Shown: piece after piece, positions 1 to 11,752 of the stretch
Position numbering within the stretch: the first letter of the stretch is position 1
Layout: every line of letters starts with the position of its first letter
Notes under the pieces: model-generated
The model's database searches: none
The model's input: only the letters and a program-made list of their open reading frames with translations
Told to the model about the DNA's origin: nothing
Source of the DNA: Marsupella aquatica
Lineage: Eukaryota > Plantae > Marchantiophyta
Length of the DNA stretch: 64,000 nucleotides
Direction: 5' to 3'
Assembly (NCBI GenBank): GCA_973895155.1
Contig: OZ316898.1
Coordinates: forward strand, 11,865,187 to 11,929,186
Program-made: the position numbers and the translations under genes

Positions 1-1690
1 GGTTGTCACCCAAGAGTATCCTCTACTTCCTTCACCAAGGGCTTCAGGACCGCCACTTCCTATCACAACAAGACAAGTGTCTGGTTCTTCCCTCATCCAC
101 AAGCTTCAAGCTTCACCCCTTTGGTGTTGAGTCACACCTAAGTCTGCATACATGCTCATTGGTTTCACATTTTCACTAGATAGTTGCTTCAGGACTAAGG
201 CTTATGCATGAGCCTTTACTACATGGAATATACAAGTTCTGATCACAACACCTCCCGACCCTCTCCTTGTTGCCTACCTAGTGGACTAGTTCTCTATCTA
301 CCCTCTTAGTGCCTTAAGCCAATGTTGCTGCCCTCCAAGTGAAAGCCCCAACCCCCAAGCTCTCAACCTACAAGAGAGTGTATAAGAGGAGGTAGCCCCC
401 GCTACTCCCCTTTATTCACCACCCCAGGGCTCCAAACCAAACCAAACCAAGCCTAGAATGCTAACTCGGGTTAGTGGTCACATGGAACTTAATCCAAGTG
501 TAACTACCTTCCCACTAAACCTTAACCCGGGTTATATTTCTACTTTTACCGCAGGTCAACTTAACTAATACCAACACTCTAGTTTCACACAGAACACAAA
601 TAGCGGCAACCTCTCGATGACACGAGTAACCAGGGTATCCCATTGGTAACACTTGCAACCACCTTAGTTACAAACTATCCATAAAACAACATTTCTCATG
701 GAAAACACTCTAAGTTTGGCCTACAACTAAGTGTCGGTATGCCGCTGTTTGCGGGTTACCGCTCAGTCTCGGGTTTTGTCATTGAAACTTGGGTTACCAC
801 AGAAGTACAGGTCATTCTTCCCTCAGTTGCAGACTTACCCAAAGAATGCTCCCGCTTGAGTTTGTTCCTGGTAGATTGTGTTGAGTATTGCTCTTAGTCT
901 TGTGACTCTAGAGCTAACCACAGTTAGGCTTACTCTGGTTAGAACTTAGCTGAGGTTAGCAGTGATGCATGTTGTATATAACCAGGGTTGATGCTAGCCC
1001 CTGTTGGAGTCAAGAGAGAAGTAAAGGTCTCTTGCTTTCCCGTGGACGTAGCCTCAGTCATGAGGTGAACCACATACTTGCTGTGTCGACTACTTTGTAT
1101 GGTGTTCACATGTGCATGGTGTCTCGGGATAGGGATTATCCCCAACAGATTGTTGGCATTAGCATTTAGTCTACAACTGCTTGTAAGTGAATCGCTTATC
1201 TACCTAACAATAGCACTATCACCTACTAGCATCCACCAAGTGGCAAGCTTCATAAATAGCCAGGCATTTTATTTCCAAGACCACTTTTAAGGCCTACACA
1301 AAAACTCCTTAACACATTCCATTTGAATTAAAAATTGGTCTCCCATGCTTTCATGAAGTTAGGCACCCTTGTTGGGTCCTCCCTTACTCGCCCTGGCCCC
1401 TCACCCATCCTCAAACTGGCCTCATAAATCAGCAAAGTAGGCCATTTGTTGTCTTCTCTATTGTAAGTGTTTAGATTAGTCAACTTAACCTACTTCTCCT
1501 TAACCTAACCAAGGTCTATCTAACCTCTTTTAGCACTCACTATTCAGTTGTTTTGACCTTCTACTTTCTACTATGCATCATTCATCACTCTATACCTACT
1601 TTTACTCCTAATTGTGGTTACTTCTAACTATGGTTACTCTATTTTTCTCTAGTTCCTATTTATCACCTAAATCGGCATCTGACACCAACC
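1..1690 (+). mobile_element. Large LTR (truncated by window start), same family as the LTR at 43912-46876 in inverted orientation
   Basis: Colinear reverse-complement similarity to 43900-46430, e.g. 62-80 atcacaacaagacaagtgt vs 46358-46376, 276-300 cctacctagtggactagt vs 46145-46162, and 1280-1345 vs 45320-45385. A degenerate PBS-like ggcatctgacac at ~1674-1685 matches tggcacccgacac of the other copy. Confidence 0.75.
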
Positions 1691-1727
1691 ATTGGGAATA
1701 GTCCAATCTTGAATCTCCTAATTGTTT

Positions 1728-2790
1728 TTATTGGCCTAACTCAATTGCAATCTTGAGAGACAAAGTTGGGACCTCAAAACCCAGGCCTACGCTGCAATGA
1801 CTCCCCAATTTAAGCTCCCATGAGAATTGAACATGGATTGGCTGTTGTTTCAAGAGGTTTGGCAAGTGAGTGAGATAGCTTGGACAACAAATCATGAAGA
1901 CCAAAGTCATCTCAAAGACCTAGATGATATCATGAGGACGTAATTTTCCTTGAGAGCTTTCTAGCGCACCCAAGAAGTCCCCCAACAGACTTCGTGTTGC
2001 GGAGCTCAATCATCATTTCCGTTTGATATCTCCTCTTTGAAGCACGATCGCTTCGCTTCTCACCTTGGACTCATCCCTGCCCCACTGAGAGACACCACTC
2101 CTCTCATATGTACTTCTGGTCACTTGCCACCCCCAGGCAACTTTGGTCCCCTATTTTTGCGTCCCCTCCAAGAGTCCAACGAAGTTGACTGGGCAGGCAA
2201 CAAACTTGCTTTACTCATAACTTCCTTGTTAGGCATTTGTAGAAAAAGTGTCATAGCCCATTGTGACTTGGCCTATGACAAGCTTGACATGCTTGGACCC
2301 TTAGGACTTATGTTCTGTCAGGTGTCTTGGGTTGCCCTGCCGATAGCTCATGCAATTAGCGCCCATTTTGCAAGACCCAAACTTATTGCACTTAGGCCCA
2401 AGAGGAGCTTTCACTTGAGCTCTCAGAACTCAGAGTTTGGGGTCTGGAGCAGTCTGCCTTGAGTCCAACCCTTCTCATGGCCCAGACAACTCTGGTTGAG
2501 TTTGAGTCCCTTGTGCACTTACTATCCTAGCTCAGCGCATTGCTTGGCTTTAACTAGTGTAACTCTCCCTTTCTCTCAAGTCTCCCCATACTTAGTCCTT
2601 TTTGGATAACCATCCCAGCACCTAGACCATAAATGAGCTTGGAACCGAAGTTATCAGCCCGGGGATAAGTGTTAGAGTAGTTGGGTCCCCATCAAGCATA
2701 TACGTCAAATCAAAATAGGTATTAAAGTTGAACAATTGTTGCAGTGGACCATAGGTATGCGCTTCACACCTACATTTGCACTCTTCCTCA
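1728..2790 (-). mobile_element. Degenerate Ty3/Gypsy integrase-like remnants
   Basis: Minus-strand peptides GLGFEVPTLSLKIAIELG (1728-1910 ORF) and ~2650-2770 (GP...FN.NTY...LDGT) resemble C-terminal integrase motifs. They are heavily interrupted, so the call rests on resemblance only. Confidence 0.35.
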
Positions 2791-3774
2791 CTTTTGAGTA
2801 TTTTTATTCATCATCCTTACAAATTGGAACTGATTGGAAGCCCGATTGGAAGTAGTTTGCTTGGCAACCGTGTGTAGCATGGGATTTTCATATTGCCCAA
2901 GGTTTTAATGTTGCATGAAGAAACCACAATCATGTGTGCAGAACCAGACTCATACTAACATTGATTGCTGTTGCTAGGCATGGATACGAAGCCCAAATTT
3001 CATGAGAAAGTGATGGTTCTCAGTGTTTTGGTTGGCTATCTGATAAAAAAATTACATATCAGAGTGATCCATGCTCAAAATCTAAAATCTGAGAGAAAGC
3101 CACTAATCCTAGTGCACTTGCTTGGTTGTTGGAGTGGAAACTTGCACTCTTTCCTTTGTGTACAGTATAGTTGACCCGTCATAGAGCAAAAATCATTTTT
3201 TTGGCCTGTAGCATAATAAAAGAATATCCATTATATCTCAATGAAATGAAATGAATTAAAAGTGACGATAGAACTCTGAAATAGATTGAATGTGGAAAAG
3301 TACGTGACAAAGTCTATTTATTAGATGACAATACAAGTCCTTGGGAATTAATCCATGGACCGCCATGTTATTTAGAGAGAGTATAAATCTAGAAACTGAA
3401 GCCTAGATGGACCTCCAAATCTAAAGAAAAATGTCCAAACATGGACAAGTCAATGTTTGACACTTGAAACATTTGCCAAGCTTACCAAGGCAACCATAAT
3501 TAACATCAATCGCAAAACCAGTTGCAATGTGAACTAATGTTTAATGCACGTGGGTAGTTTAATTGCCCACTTCAGCAAAACAGTGCTCGACGGTTTCCTC
3601 CACGGTACCAAAGGGATGTCGGATGCACTCAAGTTACATCGGAAGTAATCACTTTCAATTCCTACACACAGATAGATGAAGAGAGAGAAGTCATTAGTGT
3701 CATCCAATCATTAACTTTGCATAATCATTTAAGACAAAAAGTTTCATGGAAACAAATCTCCAATTGTGGAATTT

Positions 3775-4000
3775 GGAATCGATTGCAAGCTAGAGAAATT
3801 TAGAAACTCATGACCACTTTAGTACTTGATAAAATCTCCCAATGTTACACTCATTGGAAAGCTAAAGAACATTGGAAACTTATAATCTCCTCAAAACTCA
3901 ACTCAATCTATCAATGTTAAGTTCATTAAAAGCTAAAGAATTCTAAAATTCATAATCGCCTTAGTACTCGATAAAATCTGTCAATTTTAGGTTCATTCTC
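3775..4000. repeat. Degenerate ~74-bp tandem repeat (about 3 units), inverse of the array at 5225-5710
   Basis: Recurrent tagtacttgataaaatct...cattggaaagcta..gaaatt...aaact.at. Confidence 0.6.
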
Positions 4001-4344
4001 ATGGAAGGGGTCAACATTTCAGGGGTTGTACAACAAAGATTTCTATTCATGTTAGAGATTATGAAATCACCGGTAAAATCTAATTTTCAAATTATTTACT
4101 CAATTTTTACCCAATGATGACAATGCTAAGCTCATTAGGACCTTCTCTGCAAGATCTTTCTAACGCCATATTATACATGAATTTTCATTATGATTTGACT
4201 CAGCATGTCAAATCAAAAATTGCTACTGGGAAAATTTTACATTTTGAATAAAATCAAAATGTAACTAAAAAAATTATTGGGAGCAGTTTTACCTCAATCT
4301 TTTTGTCTTTTGATTTGCATGTCAGTTTTTTTTACATTCTTTTT

Positions 4345-6613
4345 TACGGCATGGCGTCCCAATTTTTACAACAAACTTCCCACAAACACGAATGTAGAAG
4401 TGAATTTTATCCAAAAACAAGTCTCTTCCTGTTTGTAGCATGCCATGATGATGTGGCGCGCTGTGGAGCCAGGAATTTTGCAAAGGACCCCTAATGGGGG
4501 TCCGTAATGAAAGTAACTTACTATTGCTATGATGCATATATACATGTTCTTTTCAAAAGGTACAAGGTAAATTAATCCGTGGACCCCCATGTTCATCCAA
4601 GGAATGTGTGTGATGAAGTGAAATCAATTTTCAGCAAGATAATAGACGATGGTTTTGAGTCTCCCGGTGTCAATCTTGTGTGAGCTTGTACAAAAGAGAA
4701 CGCTTGAAAGATAGAGGAGATCAATCTGGTGAGATGATCTCTCTGGTTTGTCAAACGGAAGGTTGAATGTGGAGGAATTGAGTTTTTTGACGGTTTCTGT
4801 TTACACACTGGAGAAATCGTGTTTCTACCATTCTTGATTGATCATTTGTGAATTACATTGAGCATTACCACCACAAGACAGACTGGAGGACAACACCCAG
4901 TTGATGGCAAAAGGGCGCTTGTCGTTTTGGTGGGAAGAACGCACAAAATAGACGAGCCATCACTTCACATGAAGGTTTTATAGATTTTTCATTTAAAAAA
5001 ACTATGGTGTGAGGGGGAGACTAGAGATTGTTTCTTCGACATAGAGGCTACATTTAGCGTCAGCTTGTGTTCAGAGTGAGCTTTAGTTGAAGCATGAAGG
5101 GACGCGGACAATTCAAGTCGGGAAGCAAGCGTTGTGGACAAGCGATGACAACTTAATTAATCAAAGAAATAAATTTGCAATGACTAAGTTTGTGACGGTG
5201 GCGGGATTGTGACATCTTTTAATCAATACAGGGTTTCCAATGAGCCTCAGATTGACAAATTTTGTCAAGTTCCAAATGAGTTTTTGAATTTCTCAACCTT
5301 TGTAATGAGTGTGACAATAAGAAATTTTGATCACGAGTTCATAAATTTTTTAGCTTTCCAACACTGAGTCCGACATTGACAAATTGCATATCAGATTTTG
5401 TCACGGTACTAAAGAGATCATGAGGTTTTCAATCTCTCTAGCTTTCTACGTGTGACATTGGGAGTATTCGTCAAGAATTAGAGACATCATGAGTATCCAA
5501 ATTTCTCTTGCTTTCCAATAAACCTAACATTGATAGATTTTGTCAAGTACTAAGGAGACGACAAGTTTCTAATTTTGCCCTAACTTTCCAATGAGTGTGA
5601 CACTGAGAGATTTATCAAGACACTATTAAAAGAGGTCATGAGTTTCTAAATCTTGATCTTGAGCTTTCCAATGAATCATGACAGATTTCATCAAGTACTA
5701 AGGAGATTGATTATTTAGTTTTACAATGTGGAGCCATTTGAGGGGTTCTAACTATGTACATTTCTATCGATTTGTTTTTTCAAACTTGCAAACAATTAAA
5801 AAATACAAGCATTTTGATGTAAAACACTGATATATCATTGACAAATATCAGAATGGTAACTTTATTTTACTAAATGACATCTCTTCCTTTGTATTGTGGT
5901 ATTCTTTTGTGCTTAATACTTATGACATGGCGCCCCAAACTTTATGTTGTTTTTGCCACAAACATGAATGTGCATTTTTGTTACCGTAAAAAATATGATC
6001 TTTTTTCTATTTGTGACTGGTTGTGCTGATGTGGCAAAACCTCATGGTAGGGAATTTGCGAGGGACCTCTCATGGGGGTACGTAAACATCAAATCAATTG
6101 GAAGAAAGTTACAAGGTAAGAAGCTATGGTTATAAGAATTTATTTGTAACTTATAGACTTGCATTCTAGTTGGATGGTTAGGACATTGGTATGGGAAAGG
6201 GAGGTGCCCAGTTTAAGCCTTGCTATGGCTTGAAGCTTTAAGAAAAATATATAACATTCCTATATACTCCCCAACTAATGTTTTGGCTTGATTTTGACAT
6301 ATAAAAAGATTATAGAACACCAAAAATAATTATAATTATTGTATGGTTTAAACTCAATTTCTTGACACTCAGGAAAGGGTCCCCATGCGCAAATGGCTCA
6401 CTCAAGTTGGTCGTTGCAATGTTCTCTTGGACTTTTAGCAAGGAAATATTTACGGACCCCACTAGAGGTCCCTTCCAAAATTTGAGACTCCACAGCGCGC
6501 CACATCATCAAGATGCGCTGCAAACAGGTACGGATTGGTTTACAAAATAAAATTGCTTCAACATTTGTGTATGTGGCATGATTTTGGTAAAATTGAGGAC
6601 GCCATGCCGTAAA
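4345..6613. mobile_element. Three copies of a ~165-bp DNA-transposon-like terminal unit: 4345-4507 (+), 5921-6085 (+), 6449-6613 (-)
   Basis: Shared tacggcatggcgtcc...gatgtggcgcgctgtggag...ggacc.ct..tgggggtccgtaa; the third copy is the reverse complement. Confidence 0.6.
5225..5710. repeat. Degenerate ~74-bp tandem repeat (about 6 units)
   Basis: Recurrent ctttccaatgagtgtgacattga.agattt..tcaagtactaagg. Confidence 0.65.
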
Positions 6614-7002
6614 CCTTGATATAAAAATGTTTGAAGAATAACCATTTTATTTACCCTAGGTAAGAGACTATTCAATTAGTAGGAGGCCCACCTTCCATTT
6701 TTTACCCTGAGTAACTACTGCCCACCCACATTCTGAATAGTGTTTCAATTGAATAATAACTAAATCTCTCTTGGCAAGTTGATCTGATGACAAAGTAATC
6801 GTGACAATTTTCTCGACCTTCTGCTGCCACGAAGGAAGAAGTGGACATGATTCTATGTTGGATCACTCAACACTCCTTTCTATGGCGTCATCATCATAGT
6901 TCCTAACTCGGTGATCTACTGTTAGATTGTCCAACGCATGAGGCACAAGCAAACGAAAGATAAGCAAGCTTAGTAGGGTTCAGTAAGGGCCTCGTCTACG
7001 TG

Positions 7003-7149
7003 CAGATGGTGTTGAAGAGCCTGGGCATGAAAGAAGGACATAGTTATAAGAAGTGTCAGCAGATGATCAAGGGAGTCGATGCGGGCGGTACTGGGACGGT
7101 GGATTTTCAGGAGTTCAAGGAGTTGATGTCGTCTGATGCTTTCCATTAA
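7003..7149 (+). pseudogene. Calmodulin-like (CML) C-terminal EF-hand gene fragment
   Basis: Translates as QMVLKSLGMKEGHSYKKCQQMIKGVDAGGTGTVDFQEFKELMSSDAFH*, matching the plant CML C-terminus (VL.SLG.K.G....C..MI..VD..G.G.V.F.EFK.MM). An in-frame stop lies at 6961 and no N-terminal EF-hands are present. Confidence 0.75.
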
Positions 7150-7825
7150 TAGGGGGCTGCAAAATTTCAGGAGTAGTGGGATTGTTGTACATTTACTCCT
7201 CTCTGCACGGGCTAGGATAACTTCACAGAACAAAAGCTGGAGGAATTTGGTCAGCCAATTGTCCTTGTTCTACTTACCTATGACATAGGTGCGACATCCA
7301 CACATCTATACAATGTCACGAAGACCATCGACAATCGAGGACTCTACCTCAAGCTCGTCAAACAGAATTTTGCAGAGATGCGCATTGCAGCGAACTTCCA
7401 TTTTTTCAAATGCTTTAGTGACTGCCATCCCGCAACCGAAAAGTCATAATAAAAATTGAAAATCTCATCCTGACCTATTTGCTATACCTCAACTTTTTCT
7501 ACTTTATAAAGGCCGCGGCTCTATGGTCTTCGTGTAGATGTATGCCCCAGATGGGGTACACTAACTAATTTCATTTGACTTTTCAGGCCTGTGTAAATAG
7601 TTTCGCACAATAAATAAATCATTATTAAAACTATGGTCTGTGCTTAAAAACCAGAATGGGTAAGTTTTATCATGCAGTTTTGGAGAATCTTCTGAGCACT
7701 TTTGTTTAAATCAGTGTCTTCTTAAATTTAATATAATAAAAAGGGGAGGGGAAATAATATTTTTGCATTGTGCTATTTACTGAATGGAAAAAGTAATTAA
7801 TGTTTCCGGCAAGTCGTGCTTGAAC

Positions 7826-8311
7826 CGGTACGACGCCACCGTACGTCCGCCGTCAGTAAGGCATTCACTGCAAGATAAAAAAATAATAGCTTCGATTAGC
7901 CGATTAGGGCTGTTCACTACTCCGGGTACTACGGTATCACAGTCTCTAGGCCACAGTGTACAGTGTACAGTGTACAGTAGACTACAGTACCAAGTTGGCC
8001 CAACCCCCAACCATGCAATTGAACCAAACGAGACAAACCAAAACGTATACTGTACTGTACAGTACTGTGATGTAATGTAAACGATTCCGTATGTCTGAGA
8101 TGTACTCTGCCTGAGGTACAGCTGCTGCTGCTGCGGATCCGTGTTTCGACGAGGCTGTACCTGCTGTAGGTACCGCACCCAGGGTACAGCACCAAGTGGC
8201 CCGCCGGCCGCCGCCCCAACCAGGAAAGGAGGCGGACCCAAGTACCCTCACCATATACGGGACGGGACTTGAACGGTAATCATGATGGCGCTCTTTTTCG
8301 ACCTCCCGTAC
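7826..8311. promoter_or_regulatory. GTAC-rich cluster (candidate SBP/SPL-binding, CuRE-like)
   Basis: 17 GTAC tetramers counted in ~485 bp. Confidence 0.3.
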
Positions 8312-9879
8312 GCGAAAGAGTTCGTATCAGAGGAGTTCTTAATAAGGCTGTTTCTTTTTCGTCAGTGAGTTGCGAATGTCACCCTGCGTGAGACGACGGT
8401 AAGACTATTAAGTATCCAATTTTATTAGATTAATTTCTGACCGTCAAATATTCTCAGAAAAAATGGTGGCAGTTAGATTCGGGCTAATGGCTTATGCGGC
8501 CAGGTGGGAAACTTGTTAATGCAATGCAGAAATGGTCATTTTGACTAAAAGTTACGTAGAGTCACCTTGTGTGAGTGCAGATGCTAAGAATATTCAGCAA
8601 CTACAATAGTTTTCAAATCGTCAGATGTCCATAGACTTCCCTCGTTGTTAGATTATTCCCAAGAGGGACGAAGGTTTATTATTAAAATAACTGTGTTTGT
8701 GTAAAACCATGGCAGCTATTCAATTGAACGCAATAAAGAAGTATCCATCAATTATCCAATTAATCAGTCACTTCTTACGTACTTCAAGTGACTCTTCTAA
8801 CAAAAGTTGTGTAAAGGACTCCAACCTTATGTGCATTTTCATGAATTTATATGAGGCTTGGGTCTATGTACAGATTTTATGCTACATTGGTGCCCTGCAG
8901 TTGTATGAAGCAGAAAACTAGAATTTCTCGTTGGGATGGATGTATTATCAAATCAATCAATTAAAATAATCAAATGGAGAATGCACGAACAGAGATTGTT
9001 GTCCTTGGGGTAGTATGTAATGCCCTAGAATTGCAAGTGTGACCATGCTCTGAATTTCTCTAATTATGTGCATGCCCAAAGCACAGGGTTAACTACCCCA
9101 TAAGGTACATCACTTGAGTGTATCTCATAAATCATTAGAATGTGCACATGGCACAAAAATTGGGAAGACAACATTGATTCTATGTTACACTAAGGCATAA
9201 TATCAGTATGCAATGTCAACTCGCGTATATATATTCATCAATATGTTATCCTGAGTGAATGTGAAAATAGTTAAAACTATATAAATATGAGAAACATTAA
9301 GGTGCATCACACAATTATTCAACTTTAGGGTTCTTCAAAGCAAAACTTCTCGTCTATACTTCACACCAATTACTTTAGACAATCAACCAAATTCTTTTAT
9401 GTGCCAAATATAACTATAAATAACATTTCTACAAGTCCATTTTCAGTTACTTCTTTCTTGCCCCAGATCTACAAATTATTTATATACCACAAAAATAGTA
9501 CACATTGAGGGCTTTTTCTTCGTAGGCACTACTAGAATAAGTATTGAGGACCTTTTTTGCCATTTGCACTGTCACCTTGTGTGAAGATCCTACATTAATT
9601 TCTGACCGTCAGATTTATCTAGATTTAAGGTTGACCATTCGATTATGGGTGGTGGGGCCTGTGACTAGTTAAAAACTGAACACAGAAAACCAAGCAGATT
9701 TTAATTTTTTTTCTAAAGGGAAAACCTCATAGAAAGAGAAGAGTTAGCCACAATAATTGAACCCAAGATTTATCAATCTCTACTCAAGTGAACTACCACA
9801 AAATTATGCCTCTCTGGGCAAAACCTAGCAAATTTAAACCAAAAGTTAGCAAATTTGAACCAAAAGTTTGACGAAGACA

Positions 9880-10930
9880 ATTTTCAAAATATAGCAAGTT
9901 TTTGCAAATAGAGTGGTTGGATAAAGACCATTAGAATAAAGGCTGACCATTAGATAAAAGCTTATGGTATCATGAGGAGCGAGAAACTGGTTAATGGAAC
10001 ATAGAAAACCTACTGTAACAAAGTTGAGCCAAAAGTGACCAACACTTCTAGAATATAGCGAGTTTTTGCAATGCTGGTTTGCGGTAATTAGATCTCCCTA
10101 TATCAAATTAAGGCTGATCATAGATCTCCCTATATCAAATAAGGCTGATCATTACATTACAGGTTATGGGATCATGACGAGCGAGAAACTAGTTAATGGA
10201 ACATAGAAAACCCCACTGTAGCAGATTTGACCCAAAAGTGATCAACACTTCTAGAATATATACAGGTTATAGGATCATGATGAGCGAGAAACTAGTTAAT
10301 GGAACATGATAGAAAACCCTACTGTAGCAGATTTGAGCCAAAAGAACCCAAAGTGCCAAGACTTCTAGAATATAGCGAGTTTTCGCAATGCTGGTTTGCG
10401 ATAATTAGATAGATCAAAAGCTGACAATTAGATTACAGCTTATGGGATCGTAACGAGCGAGAAACTGGTTAATGGAACATAGAAAAACCTACTGTAGCAG
10501 ATTTGAGCCAAAAGAGCCAAAAGTGACCAAGACTTCTAGAATATAGCGAGTTTTCGCAATGCTGGTTTGCGATAATTAGATCCCCCTAGATCAAAGGCTG
10601 ACCAATGGATTACAGCATATGGGATGGAGACGAGCGAGAAACTGGTTAACGGAACATAGAAAAACCTACTGTAGCAGATTTGAGCCAAAAGAACCAAAAT
10701 TGCCAAGACTTCTGCGAGTTTTTGCAATGCTGGTTTGCGATAATTAGATCTCCCTAGATCAAAGGCTGACCATTAGATTACAGCTTATGGGATGGTGACG
10801 AGCGAGAAACTGGTTAATGGAACATAGAAAAACCTACTGTAGCAGATTTGAGCCAAAGGAGCCAAAAGAGCCAAAAGTGACGAAGACTCCTAGAATATAG
10901 CGAATTTTGGCAACTCTCGTTCGCGATAAT
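9880..10930. repeat. Tandem array of a ~165-175-bp unit (about 6 copies), with more degenerate relatives at ~8430-8640 and ~9570-9880
   Basis: Repeating ctagaatatagcgagttttcgcaatgctggtttgcgataattagat...gagcgagaaactggttaatggaacatagaaaaacctactgtagcagatttgagccaaaag. Confidence 0.9.
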
Positions 10931-11687
10931 CGTCGTAGGCTGGGCTCAGACTCTCAGAGGTGCTGCTGCAGAAGGGAGCCCCTGTGCGAATTGTTAATTG
11001 GAAGAGAGAATGGCGATGGGCCTACGAAGGAACCGAGCATCGAGGCGTCGAGCTGTGCGAGATTGCGAGGGAGGACGGGCGCAATTGATTATTGTTGTTG
11101 TTGTGATGAGGGCGCGGGCACCAAAGTCCACGCCTGAAGAGTGTGTGTGTCGTGTCATGTCGATGTCCTTCGCTCACTGACATTGTAGGGAATTTGGGGA
11201 AATGAACACTGGCTAGAAACCATGACAGGAGTGGTACTGATCACGGGCTACCAGCCTCTGGTGTAGATCTGCTGTAGACTATTCATCTTATAATCAATGT
11301 TGCGAAGTTGGATTTTCAAGGCGAGGCGAAAAGTACTGCGTATCAGAAGGTTTGAGGGGAGAGCAGCGCACACAGGAAGCACAGAATGATTCCGTGAATG
11401 GCACCAACCAACCAGCGATTCAGCCAGCCAGCCAGCGGGACAGCGGCCGAGCGGGACAGCAGCCAGCCATACACACACGCAGAAAGAGAGACTCTGTTGG
11501 TTTCTGTAGCTATTCCGTTGCATACACAGTGCTGCTACCGGGAATAGCGCGCCTTACGTACGCAGAGAAGTGGATGGATCTCAGACGTTGGTGCAGTAAT
11601 AAACGTCAGAGCTCCCACAGATTGCAAGGACCTTTTTAATAAAAACCGGCCGGCATTGGAACTCGGAAGCTCCTGGCCTCCTGCTGC

Positions 11688-11752
11688 TGTGCCTGCCTGC
11701 CTGCCTGCCTGCCTGCCTCCTCTCCTCCTGTCTGCTTTCCTCCTGCCTGCCT
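11688..11752. repeat. (GCCT)n microsatellite in a GC-rich island
   Basis: gcctgcctgcctgcctgcctgcctgcc. Confidence 0.8.

Noticed and set aside
7777-8254. Overlapping 90-154 aa ORFs
   Set aside because: Low-complexity GC-rich sequence open in several frames, with no recognisable domain.
9880-10930. CRISPR-like appearance of the repeat array
   Set aside because: Long contiguous units without unique spacers, no cas genes, eukaryotic context.
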